DNA of 64,000 nt from Lytechinus pictus. Its lineage: Eukaryota. A program made the translations under genes and the position numbers. Within the stretch, counting starts at the first letter, position 1. The number at the start of each line of letters is the position of its first letter. Under the pieces are notes generated by a model. It ran no database searches, was not told the DNA's origin, and saw only the letters and a program-made list of their open reading frames with translations. This document shows positions 37,396-50,326 of this stretch, piece after piece. The stretch spans positions 5,396,001 through 5,460,000 of the forward strand of contig NC_087250.1 of NCBI RefSeq assembly GCF_037042905.1, given 5' to 3'.

Positions 37396-38884
37396 TTTCA
37401 TGACATTTAAATTCTGAGTGTACATGTATATCGTTTCAGTCTTTCCACCATTTCTCATTATTTTTCTTTCAACCCTCCATTTCATCTGCTTTACTATAAA
37501 AAACATGCAAAGCGAATTACAAAACGTCCCATTCTCGTTTCCACTAACCACACATGACATTACGCAGTTATCATTTTCTTATTATCATTGAAATTCATAC
37601 TGTGTTTACACGCTGCATCGGCTGTCAACTTGACTACCGTGTAAATATTTGTTTTGATGATATTCAGTCGAAATCAGTGGCGTACAAAATAATGGGGAAG
37701 ACTTGGGGCTATGGATTCCCAAATTTGTCACTGCCAAGAAAAAAAAAGAAAGAAAGAGAGGAGGGGAACTATTATCTGAATAGTATGTCAAAATCTATTA
37801 TAAATTAAAAAAAATCTAGATTTGTGCTCGATACGTAAATCTGGCCCCTTCGTTTTTATGGCCATTACTGGTTAAAACTAAATTCAACTTAAACCTTTTT
37901 CCCGTTATCACTGTATTTTGTTCTATTTTATTCATTCATAAATATTTTTAGCATTGTTCATAACGTCTGTCTGTATTTTATGCTGTTTATACAATTCCTA
38001 GCCTTAGGTTGTGTGTATTCCCAAAAGATCGGAGACTTCGACGATTTTTTTTAAACGCTCGATAAAAGTTTTTGGGGAAGGGCGCCCAACAGCGTTGAGT
38101 AATTAAACCTTCGCATATCGGCACGCGACTATATATATAAAACATATGGGAAAAATGAGAGAGGGGAGTTTGGAGAGGACTCAAGGGTGATACATGGGAA
38201 TAATTCCACGTTTTATTACCAAGAAACCTCTGAAATATATTCATCTCAAATTTAAGGGGGAACAATTGAATGAAAAAAAAATAAAATGTAAGAATCGTCA
38301 ATTCCTTCACCCCTTCACCATTTATCTCATATGTTTTGTACACAACCATCTCGCGATACGCGAAGGTAAAAAAAGGTCGTTACTTACTCAACGCTGTAGG
38401 GCGCTCTTCCCGAGCGTTTCATTACGCGGTCTATGTACTGTCCGATCTTCCCCTTGTAGTATCTCTGGTATTCCATGTTCGCATTTTCAATGGAGTAATT
38501 TTGTCTCTTTATTTCAATGTTATTCTCTCCATCTTTATATGTAGACAGTTATTGTATTGTCTACAGGATAGTTTTTCTCATTTAAAAAAAAAAAAAAAAT
38601 AATACAGTACCAGTCACCATTCTTTGAATCACTATTGCCTGTTTCGGCCAGAGAGCAATGGATTTGGTCCACTGATTCTATTGTTCTCTGGCTGAGGCAG
38701 GTAGTGGTGAGTCTGGGAATTTTGACTGATAGTGTATGTTATCTTTGAACAATTTTGTATTGATTTTGTATTTATATAGCTTTCACAAAACACATAAATT
38801 CAATGCAGTTTTGTACCGTAATCATCCAAATAATTAAAAATAATAAGTAAAAAAAAAATTAAATAAAAAGTTATTAAAAATAAT

Positions 38885-39025
38885 TACTTGGTGCATTAGT
38901 GCCCCTTGGTAAGGCATAATAATCATGCCTACCAGGTCCCTTGGAGAGGACCTTAAGCCGTCGGTCATCTGGTTGCTTGCTTACAATCATTCATGCTTTC
39001 TTAGCCACCAGGTAAAAAAATCACC
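38885..39025 (+). mobile_element. Possible SINE body fragment
   Basis: gtgccccttggtaaggca..ggagaggaccttaagccgtcggtc resembles conserved SINE central domains. No tRNA head visible. Confidence 0.35.
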
Positions 39026-39859
39026 ATGTACTATACAGGCTAAAATTTTCGATCGCGCTTCGCGGTCGCATCCACATCCACTTCAGAATTTGTGTGCACA
39101 GTGCTTGAAAAAGTGCTTAACTTTACCCCTTTTTGGACTCGAATATGAAGTATTCTTAGCTCGCGCTTCGCTTTCGCTTTATATTTTTATGCTTTTGTAG
39201 TTCTGATTTGCTTTGCAAAGTGTACATCGATAATTATTACTATTATTGTTTTTACTATTACGAAGTTATATTTATGCATGTGTGTAAAATTAGGTAATGA
39301 AACTAACTTTTGGGGCTGGCCTCACATACAAGCATTGCTTATTTTCGGCAGCCCCTCCGTTTACTCTAAAATACAAAGAAAAAATAATTTAAAGCAGCTT
39401 AAAGTTATTAATTGTTTACCAAATCTATAGGCCTTATTATTTTTATAAGATGTTATGTTTTGTTATATTCTTTATTTTTATGATATGTTCATTATAGACA
39501 ACATTGTGAAACGGAAAACAGTGAATAAAATGAAATGATTTAACATGGGGATTGTATTCAAAATGCCTAAATTCTAGACCTACATCTAAAAAAAAAAACG
39601 CGCACTCAAGTTTATTGAGATACGCAACTTGTTCCATATATTTATAACGTGCTTGAATTATCCAGTTTCAGATCAGAATATAAAAAAAAACTTCGGCTCG
39701 CATTACTAACATTAATGTAAGAAGATACCTAGTTACCCATCCATTTTACGATTTACAAAACATTAAGAGTGTCCTGTTCTTAGATCCGAAATCTATTTTT
39801 TTTTGGCTCGCGCTGCCGTCAATTGTTTAGTTATGTAGCTCGAGTCCTGAATAAAATAC

Positions 39860-40268
39860 CGGTGATAGGACCCATTGGTGATTGGACCCATGGCAACGAT
39901 ACCAAATGATTGTTATCCGAAATGGGTTTAGACAAAGTGATAGTGAACCAACTGAAGGTAGACAAAATGGGACATGGACGAAATGAGAGTAGACCAAGTG
40001 GTTATTATACCAATTCGCTATTAGGCCAAAAGGTAATAGACGTAATGATATTGGACAAAGTGGATATTGGACCAATTGAAAAAAATACAATTAGACTAAA
40101 TTATAATAAACAAAACGGATATTAGACCAACTGGCTATTAGACGAGATGGTAATTAGACGAAATGGTTATTGGACTATGTTGATAGTTGACTAACTAATA
40201 GTAGACGAAATGATATCAGACCATGCGATAGTGGGGGAAAAGGCAGTAGACGAAATGGCAATAAACCG
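39860..40268. repeat. Diverged ~15-bp-period array (TAGAC/TGGAC core) with GGT...ACC ends, MITE-like
   Basis: Periodic tagac(c/g)aa(a/c)tgg units. Confidence 0.6.
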
Positions 40269-40537
40269 ATAAATATCCTTACAAAAAGTAATCCTGATTT
40301 CCAAATCACTTTATAATTCTTTTTCTCGTGTCTCAAAATATTTAGTGAAAGCCTATTTTATATCTTATCTGTAACTGGAGTCCTGAAGAAAATACCGCTG
40401 TGACATTATGCCTTGCGACATGTGACGTTATGCGTTAGAAAAACTACGACATTATGCGTTGACTGCGACATTATGCGTCGGTCGGACGCTCTTGACATAA
40501 ATGTCGCAATCTGCTAAATTATACGTTGGTGCGACAT

Positions 40538-43103
40538 TCCCGACCTTTCGTTGGAGAACGCGAACGTTTATTTATTACGACGGTAGTTGATTTAGGAAGA
40601 GACTTTTGGGCCCGTCGTCATGGTCGTAAAACTCTGTCCCGCAATAAAAATTGTGTGACATGATATTTTTTTTCGTTTCGCATCTGGAACGGAAACATTC
40701 AATTAGCGTTTCGTGTGCAAAGTTCTGGTTGCCACTATGGTAACAGCGATATATCCGATTTAGGACGACTTTCCAGAGCCACATTTGGTTCCTCCCAGAG
40801 CTCGAGAGGCCGCCCGGGGGGGCCACTTCCATTAACGAGTGGATACCATTCAGGCGCGACCACGCGTAAAAAAGTGAAAGAGTGGGCAAGTACGTTACGT
40901 ACAGGCCTATGTAACGTTATAAGGGTGTCAAAACGATGATTAAAATACTGAAAAGAGGGATATATTTCTAATATTTGTAGGGTTTCACAAGCCAAATACT
41001 TGTTAAGAGATGCTTTTTCATAATCTGGAAAAACCCCATGGTCGCGTCTGGTATCCACCCATCATTGGAAGTGGTCCCACCCCCCCCCCCCCCCGAGAAT
41101 ATGAATCTAATCCCCATTTCCGTAGAGAGTAAAACATAATGCCCATTACATTGTGTGCTAGGAGCATATCGTTTGTGTAGGAGAAGCAGGCAAAAGAAAA
41201 AACCCCGCAAATTTGGATGTTGTTCAGACGTATTATGACCTATTGCATAATGCTGCGTACATATCATCGCATGCGAAATGGTTTCGACTGGAGAGGTGAT
41301 CTGACCCATGGAATCCATTGCCAGTGATCCACCAATAATCCACATTAAATGCAATATCGATTCGATGGAATGTATTAATCTATATATAAGCCTTAATTCA
41401 GTAAGTTTTTCCTCACTCATTATGTACTCGATTTGTTTGAAAAATCACTTTCTTATCCATGTCATAATCTACATTTCGCATGTCTCCAGCCAGCTGGAGT
41501 CATGATAGCCATGGTACAGGTAGAGTCCCGCCGCGAGCTCAGGCACGCATAATATGCCATGAAGCCCAGCCGTACATGCATGAAAGTGGGATTTCAACAA
41601 TTTGGGATGGCATGCTGGTATCGCATGAAATAATTTTGCACACGAAAAGCAGATCTGTAGGGCCTGTAACACGAAGCTTAGCGATGATTGTAGAATAGTT
41701 TCCTACGTTTGATTCTATTGACTATGATGTACAATCAATCTTAAAAATCAAGTGTATGATTTATCGTTAACTTTTGTGTTAGGAGACCCTAACGTTTCCG
41801 TCCCTAAGGTTTGCGAAATGTGGCAATTATGCGTTGGTGCGACATAAGGCACCTTTCGCAATCCTCTACAACGCGAGATTAGAGTCGGGTAACTCAAAAG
41901 TTTACGATTAATCATGGACTCGATTTTCAGATTGATTGTACGTTACAGTCAATACAATCAAACGTAGAAAACTGTTCTACAATCATTGCTAAGCTTTGTG
42001 TTACAGGCCCTATAGATCTTGCTTTTCGTGTGCAAAGCTCTTTCATACGATACCAGCATGGAGCTATAATAGCTCTATGATACCAGCATGCCATGCCATT
42101 TGCCTGCCTGAGCTCGCGGCGGGACTGTACCTGTATCATGGCTATGACTCCAGCTGGCTGGAGACATGTAGATTATGACATGGATAAGAAAGTGGTTTTT
42201 CAGACAAATCGAGTACATATTGAGTAAGGAAAATCTTACCGAATTAAGGCTTAGATATAGATCATTACAGTCCATCGAATCGATATTGCATTTAATGTAC
42301 ATTATTGGTGGATCACTGGCAATTGATTCCATGAGTCAGATCACCTCTCCAGCCGGAACCATTTTCGCATGCGTTGACATATACACAGCATGCAATAGGC
42401 CATAAACCGTCTGGAAAAACATCTAAATTAGCGGGGTTTTCTTCATTTGCGTGCTCTTATACACAAACGATATGCCTCTAGCACACAATGTAATGGGCAG
42501 TATGTTTTACTTTCCGCAGAAATGGGGGATGTCCCGGGGGGTACACTTCCGTTGATGAGTGGATACCAGGCGCGACCATGGGGTTTTGAAAAGCACCATA
42601 AACAATGGAAGTAAGTCTTTTCCAGATTATGAAAATGCATCTCTTAATTATTTGGGTTGTGACACCCTACAAGTATTGGAAATATATCCCGTTTTTCAGT
42701 ATTTTAATCATCGTTTTTGACACCCTTATAATGCTACATATGCCTATACGTAACGTACTTACCCATTCTTTCCCTTTTTACGTATGGTCGCGCCTGGTAT
42801 CCACTATTCAATGGGAGTAGGCCCCCCGGGCGGCTTCCCGAGCTCTGGGAGGAACCACAAGTGGATTTGGAAAGTCGTCCTAAATCGGATAAATCGCTGT
42901 TACCATAGTAGCAACCAGAATTTTGCACACGAAACGCATATTGAACGTTTCCGTCGCAGATGCAAAACGAAAAAAAAATTCATGTCACACAATTTGCATT
43001 GCAGGACAGAATTTAACGACCATGATGACGGGCCCAAAAAGTCTCTTCCAAAATCAACTACCTCCGTAAATAAGCGTGCGCGTCCTCAAACGAAAGGTCG
43101 GGA
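40538..43103. mobile_element. ~2.6 kb imperfect palindrome (fold-back element, or two inverted copies of one repeat)
   Basis: tcccgacctttcg.. at 40538 mirrors ..cgaaaggtcggga at 43103. The arms stay alignable for ~1.25 kb to a centre at ~41790-41890. Confidence 0.85.
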
Positions 43104-43481
43104 TTATCGGTTGTAACAGGGCCGAGGAGTCAGTAGGCCTCGATCCGAGTTCCCGTGTAGCACGCTAAGCTATATGGAGGGAGATTGTTGGAAAGGGTCC
43201 ATAAAAGAGGTACAATATCTTACATGAATAAAAAAAAAAAAATCAAACTCGGCCCTTGCCCTTCTCCAGGATTCCTTGCATCTCTTTTACTCTTGGAGTG
43301 CTTTCAGATTCATGACATAAAATTCCTGAAGTAAACCGGATGGGCTATCCTTTGCGTCGTCATTCAGGTTCGATAATCAACGTGTCTGAAGTTAGATGTA
43401 CATGTACGTAGGGCATGCAACCGTGCATGCAGCTGCGGTATCAGCAGCCAGCCGTCGCTAGCGAGCTAGCCGGCTAACCAT

Positions 43482-44366
43482 TTGCCTCTTGTCGAGGCCC
43501 TGATGGCTGCTTCCCGAGCGAAGCAGAGCGCAGCGAGCCAGGGCCTCTTGACATCTGAACCAAATTTCACCGACTTTCTTTGTTTTACTGTTTTTACCAA
43601 TATGCCGACCAAAAACTGGTCGGTGAAAATCATCCAATGAGAGCGTGGGCTGCTACGACGTCATATTGAATATTCATGAGCTCATCTTGAATGGCGACCC
43701 GTGGATTCTGGGCGAAGCGTGAGGACAAAATATCAAAGAGCACTGAATATACCTCAAAATGCTGAATATATTGACCGATTTAAGGATTTGCAAGTCGATG
43801 TAATTAAATCTGCAAAGCACGAGATTTTTTGTTGTTGTAAATCTACCCACAGGATATGGAAAAAAATAATTTTTCATGCGATTCCACTATGCGTCGATTA
43901 TCGATCTCCACGGTGTAGAGAGAGAGAATGTTAGAGTCGGGTTGTTCAGTTGGCAGGTTGGTGCTTCCCCTTGACTCGAGTCTGACCAGGCCGATCTCCC
44001 GGGAAGTTTCGGGGCGGTGATGGGTCTATTATGGCTACGGCTAGTAATCAGTAGTGGTAGTAGTAGTACCACTACTTGTAGCATTTTGATTGTTATGTCC
44101 CCTTTAGTGTCCCGCAATTAAATGAATCCCCTGCAGAATAGTGGACTACTAGTACTAGTATTCCGAACCCCGGACGAAACAGCTTTGACATTTCATTGGT
44201 TTACTAGGTGACCGGTAATATTCATGACTCATGTATATTCATTGGGAAGACGTTCCTCATGAATATATAATTCAGCTCATATGTCAAGAGGCCCTGGTTC
44301 GCTGCGCTCGCCAGGCCTAATTCGCTTCGCTCGGGAAGCAGCCGCCAGGTCCTCAACAAGAGGCTA
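43482..44366. mobile_element. Non-autonomous AcademH-like element
   Basis: TIR T(T)GCCTCTTGTCGAGG / CCTCAACAAGAGGCTA with exact 9-bp TSD GCTAACCAT. Internal RecQ remnant. Confidence 0.88.
43770..43900 (+). pseudogene. RecQ-like helicase N-terminal remnant
   Basis: RFKDLQVDVIKSAKH / FVVVNLPTGYGK / IIFHAIPLCVDY across two compensating frameshifts. Confidence 0.85.
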
Positions 44367-44403
44367 GCTAACCATTGGCGCATCGTGCATGCTGCGTCCG
44401 GTG

Positions 44404-45042
44404 TAACCCAGGCCGCTCCGGCCAGCGAAGCGGGTCGAAGCCCAGGAGCTCACCGTGCATTTACTCATACTCACGGGACTAGGGTAGATTGTGGTCACAA
44501 TAACTTGGAAATAAAATTGTGAAAACAGAAATTATGCACCACGATTATATGGATGAAGGTCTATGGTGTGGCAGTATCCTGACATCGAGGCACAGACTGG
44601 AACCTCAAAAAAAAAAAAAAAAAAAAAAAACCAAAAGTTCTGTCGCGGTAGCTCTCCTTCTTTCAAAATTCAAAACAAAATGGCCGATCGAGACCGAGGC
44701 TATAGCACTAGCGCATATAGACTTGGTCAAATTCGCGCACGCGCCCTACACCCGAGGTACCGGTCTCGAAAGGCCATTTTGCTATGAATTCTGAAAGAAG
44801 AAGAGGTATCGCGACAGAACCTTTCGTTTTTTTTTAAGGTTCCAGTCTGTGCCACGATGTCAGGATGCTGCCACGCGATAGATCTTCATCCATAAAATCG
44901 TGTTAAGTGCATAATTTATGTTTTCTCAATTTTATTTCCAAGTTATTGTGACCACAATCTACCGTAGTCCCGTGAGTATGAGTAAATGCACGGTAAGCTC
45001 CTGGGCTCCGGCCCGCTTCGCAGGCCGGAGCGGCCTGGGTTA
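44404..45042. mobile_element. Almost fully palindromic non-autonomous element with 9-bp TSD (AcademH-like MITE)
   Basis: TAACCCAGGCCGCTCCGG / CCGGAGCGGCCTGGGTTA, arms ~290 bp, exact TSD CGTCCGGTG. Confidence 0.85.
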
Positions 45043-45119
45043 CGTCCGGTGTAATTGTTAGCTCTACGTATAACATTCGACGATACTGCGCATTCGCCAT
45101 TACGTATTCATGAATATCC

Positions 45120-45564
45120 TAGCCTCTAATCTAGGCGGAGGCCGCAGTTATTGTCTTTGCTGTTAAGCTGAACGCAAGCGACACGTCTTATCTGGCAAAC
45201 ACTACGCATTGTGGTTGCGTTAGCAGCCACGGCCTATACACTCCTGTTTGCTCAACCAGTATTTATGTATTCATCTCGTCGTTTGACGTGTTGTGGTACC
45301 GAGAACCATACCGATACCTGTACCGCTGTCGTGTGCCAACGACTTGAGATAAAAAAAAAGCGAAGATATTATCGTTACACAGAGGGATTGCCTGGTAGAT
45401 TTCACTTTTTCCACATACCTCCCGTCGTCAACAACGCTACGAATGGCATACTCTTAAAGGTCTCGGAATTTCTACTAGAAATTCGGAGTTTATCGGCAGC
45501 ATAATTCAAACTCTCGCATAAGATTCTCGCGTGTAACTGCGGCCTCGGCCTAGATTATAGGCTA
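45120..45564. mobile_element. Non-autonomous AcademH-like element
   Basis: TIR TAGCCTCTAATCTAGGC.GAGGCCGCAGTTA with its inverse ending at 45564. Exact 9-bp TSD TGAATATCC. Confidence 0.88.
45376..45472 (-). pseudogene. RecQ-like helicase N-terminal remnant with internal deletion
   Basis: KFRDL*EYAIRSVVDDGRYV / GKSEIYQAIPLC, homologous by eye to the 43770-43900 remnant. Confidence 0.7.
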
Positions 45565-47497
45565 TGAATATCCACGATGTCATACTTGATACTTGATACG
45601 ATAATTCCTCTTGCAGCTCCAAAAAAGCTAAACTGGAATTAACTTTGTAATATGACGTGAAACATTGCTGTCATCGTGAAGATGTCTATTCTACAATAAA
45701 AGGAGAGTGCCATGTGCAAGTGCGATGTCATAATGAATATGCATGAATCAAACGGAGTTCTAATATCAATTTATTTTCTAACTTTAGAGGGCGTTAACAA
45801 AAAGTTATCGGTGTGACGAGCAAAAATAATATGCATTGCACCCCTCAATATCATGAAAACAGAAGAGTAATACCAATTTCTTTTAAGTGATAAAGTAGAG
45901 ATTTGATATAATAATGAATATAATATCTTTACAATTGATTCACTGCCCCTGTCTGAGATTAACCAATCGTACTCTATACCTTTAATATGTGACAACAAAG
46001 GTATGTTCTCGACGGATAATCACAGGAAGATCACTCCAGAGAATAAGGGGCCAGCACGTAGAAAAGTCAGTGCCCCCATGTTTTTTTAGATTTGGAAACT
46101 AGAAAACCTGAGGGGATCGAACGTATGTGATAACAGTATTTGATTTATGTGAACGTAGTTGAATAACTCCCCTCCCATTTCGTTCTGCTAAATTTTGGAT
46201 TGTTGCTTGAGTAACTGATCGTAATTACTTACCGAGTGCAAATAAGGTCCCGAAAACTCCCAGAACAACTCCAGCTATGTCTTGACTTGACATCTGTATC
46301 TCTTTAAAATAAACCAAAAATGAAATATCCGTATTATTCGTTTTAACTAAGACTTTTTAAATTACAAAATCGAACGATTCATATTATTAATATTGCATAA
46401 TTCTTAATTGACTCGAATTTGATGAGTACGTGTATGTGTGTATGAGAGACGTGATTGGCTCTCCCACGTTAAGCTCGAATTATGTGCAAAACATATTGCG
46501 ATTTTGCTTTCCTTCACACTGTCACTGAATACTTTTATCACAGAATGGAAGAATACCCAGAAGTTTATTTAGATTTGGATTTCGATATTGATTCTTAAGA
46601 AGAAGAAATTGATGGAGATTCTTTCTTCATTAACAAAGACAAAGTAAATCAAAAATTGTATCTCTTTCATTACTAGATATGAAATCGTGTCAACAATTTT
46701 TGTGTATTCAGAAAAACAAGATAAAAATACATATATAAATGAAACAACTTTCCCTAGACAATGCACTCACCGGTCAGAACACTAATTCCGCATTTGCGCA
46801 AACATCTTCAGCCTACTGTATATTCAACATTAGGGAAATCCTTGCAGAAGTACTTTAATATAAAAATTGGTGCATGTCACAACAAATATACACAACCATA
46901 TTAAGCGATACATAACTATGGGAACATTTGATAAGTTACTTTTTGGTCTATTAGTCCGGTCTGTTAGCGTCAAAAACACCCTACTTGTGGACACGGTGGA
47001 CAAAAGCATGATTTTTTCTCCAGACCTTTGTTTATGTATAAGAATTAAAAATGGGGTATGCTCCAAAAAATCTGGCTGCAGGAACAGTGAAAAAATTGGT
47101 AAAAATATCAGAATTTACGAGTATAGATTGGTCCGATATTTATTTATTTATTTAAAAACCTTTATAAAGGATAAGCATGTTCAGATAATATATACACTGT
47201 TTTTCAACATGGTCCTGTTGACATAGTAAACATCTAAAAATGTACAGCGATATATAGACGATATATAGACTAGCACTAGTGCAAAACTCAATAGCAGAAA
47301 TAAACACTCTTAAAATAAGCATCCCCTCAAGGACATAGGCTGGGGGTACACTGGGTGAATGTGAAACCTACGGCTGTGGCAAAGGAGTTCCAACACTGGC
47401 ACGCAAAACGAATGTGTACCCCTTCTACTTTCAACGGCTGATTTTCCAAACCTTAGTTCCACCTCCCCAAGATGTGCACCCCTCCCCATACCACTTT

Positions 47498-47535
47498 TCT
47501 CGGGAAGTAGCCGCCAGGGCCTCGACAAGAGGCTA
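47498..47535. mobile_element. Orphan right TIR of the 43482-44366 family, abutting the Gypsy RT
   Basis: ctcgggaagtagccgccagggcctcgacaagaggcta. Confidence 0.8.
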
Positions 47536-49080
47536 TTACAAGAACTGCTGGAACGTAAGATTATAAAGAGGTCAATTAGCTCCTATGCCAGTCTGATCGT
47601 TCTTGTGAGGAAGAAATCAGGGGCACTACGTTAATGTATTTATTATTGACAATTGCACACGGTAACAGTCAAATACTCCTTTCCGCTACCCAGAAAAGAC
47701 AAATCATGAGAAGTAATGAATGGAGCCAAATACCTCTCCTCCCTTGACTTGTCTCGTGGATATTTCCAGATCACTATACATACAGAACCAGTGCCCCTAA
47801 CTGCCTTTCGTGTCACCTAGGGACTCTATGAATTTGAAGAACGCCTCATGGTCTATGCAACAGCCCATTCACATTTAAGAGAATAATGGATGCAACTTTC
47901 GGTGACATAATCTTTACACAATTCATACCCTACCTTGATGATGTTTTGGTCTTTTCCAGAACATTTGAGGAGCACCTAGAAGCATTAAGAGAAGTCTTTG
48001 ACCGGCTAAAAATACATGGCCTGAAGTTGAAAGGCGGAAAGTGCCAGTTCTTCAAGAAGGAAGCAGTTCACCTAGGGCACATTGTCACTGAGACGGGTGT
48101 CATGGTAGACCCAAGCAAGGTATCAAGGATCAAATCGTGGCCTGTACCTCAAAATGGATCAGAATTATGGTCCTTCCTCGGTCTTGCTTCATATTACAGA
48201 ATGTTTGTCCCTGAATTCACCACAATAACAGCACCACTCCATGCACTAACTGGAGAGAAGTGTAAGAAAAAGAGGAAGACATGGGATATTGCTCCAGACA
48301 AAGTTTTGTGTGGACCGAAGAGGCAGACGAGTCATTTCATGAGCTTAAGGAGAGACTGTTTTCAACACCAGTTCTTGCCTATCCGAAGTTGGGAGAAGAA
48401 TCTATACTCGAAATTGATGCATCTCTTAAAGTGCTTGGTGCCTACTTGATACAGAAATATGGCAATGGACATTTACATCCTATCTCGTTTGTAAGATGTA
48501 GCCTAAGTGGAGCCGAGAAGAATTATCCTGATTTCTCAAGCTTCAAGATAAAACTTCTTGCCCTTAAATGGGCAGTAGTCGAGAAGTTAAAATGTTATTT
48601 GCTGAGTGTATTGTATACACGGATAAGAACCCTCTAGTCCACCTTCAAACTGCACAGTTAGGACCACTGAACAGAGGTGGGTAGCTCAGCTGGCAGCCTT
48701 TCATCTTGATATCAGATACCGTCCTGGAAAACTCAACATATGTGCCGATGCACTCAGCAGGTGCCCTAGAAATGATGAGGGCAAGGTGAAAGAGATGATC
48801 GAAGCACTGACGATGACTACTGTCCTCACGGCAGAAGTTGTAGTTACCGGCGACCAGTTTGCAGACGAGGAGCCGCCGAGAGTTCCGGGATTGTAACCAC
48901 CAAACACAGTAGAAAAATTTGAAACTCTTCAACAAAGTGACAATGCAATTTCTGTGTGCTGACGTTATCTCAGGTGTGAATGGAAGTCCGAGGGTGAAAT
49001 CAAACAAGAGAATGCAGAAAAATAAAGCACTGGTTGAAGGAGCGAGCAAGCATTGTAGAATACAAGGGAGTCCTGTATAA

Positions 49081-50009
49081 CAGAGGCATCGATCCGGGGG
49101 GGGGGGCGATCGCCCCACCAATGAAAATATTGGGTGGCAAACATATCGTTTTGCCCCCCCCCCCCCCATAATTCCGCATGTGCCAAAAATAAAATAAGAT
49201 TGTAATGTTACACAGAAATCAGCAAGCGAGATTGAAATACACAACTCGTTCCTTATTTAAAATCGTGCTCAAAATTTCCGATTTTCAGATTGGAATATAC
49301 AAATTTTCAGCTCGCGCTTCGCGCTCGCATCATTTCTGTAGCAAAAAACCCATCATGATTAAATAGATGAATAATATATCCCGTTTTCAGTTCTAAACCT
49401 CAAAAGAACTCCCGTTTCGATTGGCAATAATCTTTTGTTTGATATATACACTATATATATATTAAAAACGTCCATTAAAGTAAATTTTTTTCAGATCGAA
49501 ACATCAAAATTGTCAGCTCGAGCTTCGCGCTCGCATATATTCTTTTAGATACCCATCTTAATCATAGGTACCAAAAATGCTTAGAATATCAAGTTTTCAG
49601 ATCAGAATATATGTAAACAAATTTCAGCTCGCTCTCGGCACTCGCATTATTTGTGTAGTTAAATATATGTCCTCCTCATGAGTGACTTCAAACAGTCCTA
49701 AACAGGCACCTTTTTTCCTGTTATCAGGTCAGTATGCTAAAAAATTTCAGCTCGCGCTTCGCGCTGACATTAATTAGTTGGTGTGATATGTGTCACTATC
49801 ATACATATATATATATATGTTTTGATTCTGGTGGTAGCCTATACAGCAGGGGCGTCGATCCATTTTTCAGATTGGGGGGGGGGGGGCAAAATCATCAATC
49901 AACTTTCCAATGCCCCAATCACAAAAAACAAACAAACTCACACACACATATATGCCTATATATACATATACACACACACATATGCCAATATATACATATA
50001 CACTCACAC

Positions 50010-50073
<64 letters not shown>

Positions 50074-50251
50074 TTATATATATATATGTGTGTGTGTATA
50101 TGTATATATTGGCATATGTGTGTGTGTATATGTATATATAGGCATATATGTGTGTGTGAGTTTGTTTGTTTTTTGTGATTGGGGCATTGGAAAGTTGATT
50201 GATGATTTTGCCCCCCCCCCCCCCAATCTGAAAAATGGATCGACGCCCCTG
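49081..50251. mobile_element. hAT-like MITE inserted in Gypsy pol
   Basis: CAGAGGCATCGATCC / GGATCGACGCCCCTG with 8-bp TSD ctgtataa/ctgtatag. Confidence 0.85.
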
Positions 50252-50281
50252 CTGTATAGGCTACCACCAGAATCAAAACAT
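49817..50281. repeat. Near-perfect ~465-bp palindrome centred on (TA)n
   Basis: atgttttgattctggtggtagcctatacagcaggggcg.. mirrored by ..cgcccctgctgtataggctaccaccagaatcaaaacat. Confidence 0.9.
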
Positions 50282-50326
50282 CCTCAAAGAAGGCAGCTAG
50301 TTGTACCAAAGGGTCTCCAAGAAAAA

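Noticed and set aside
47310..47528. FGKS in a minus-strand ORF beside the orphan TIR as another helicase motif I
   Set aside because: No PTG or Q motif before it and no matching downstream residues; probably chance.
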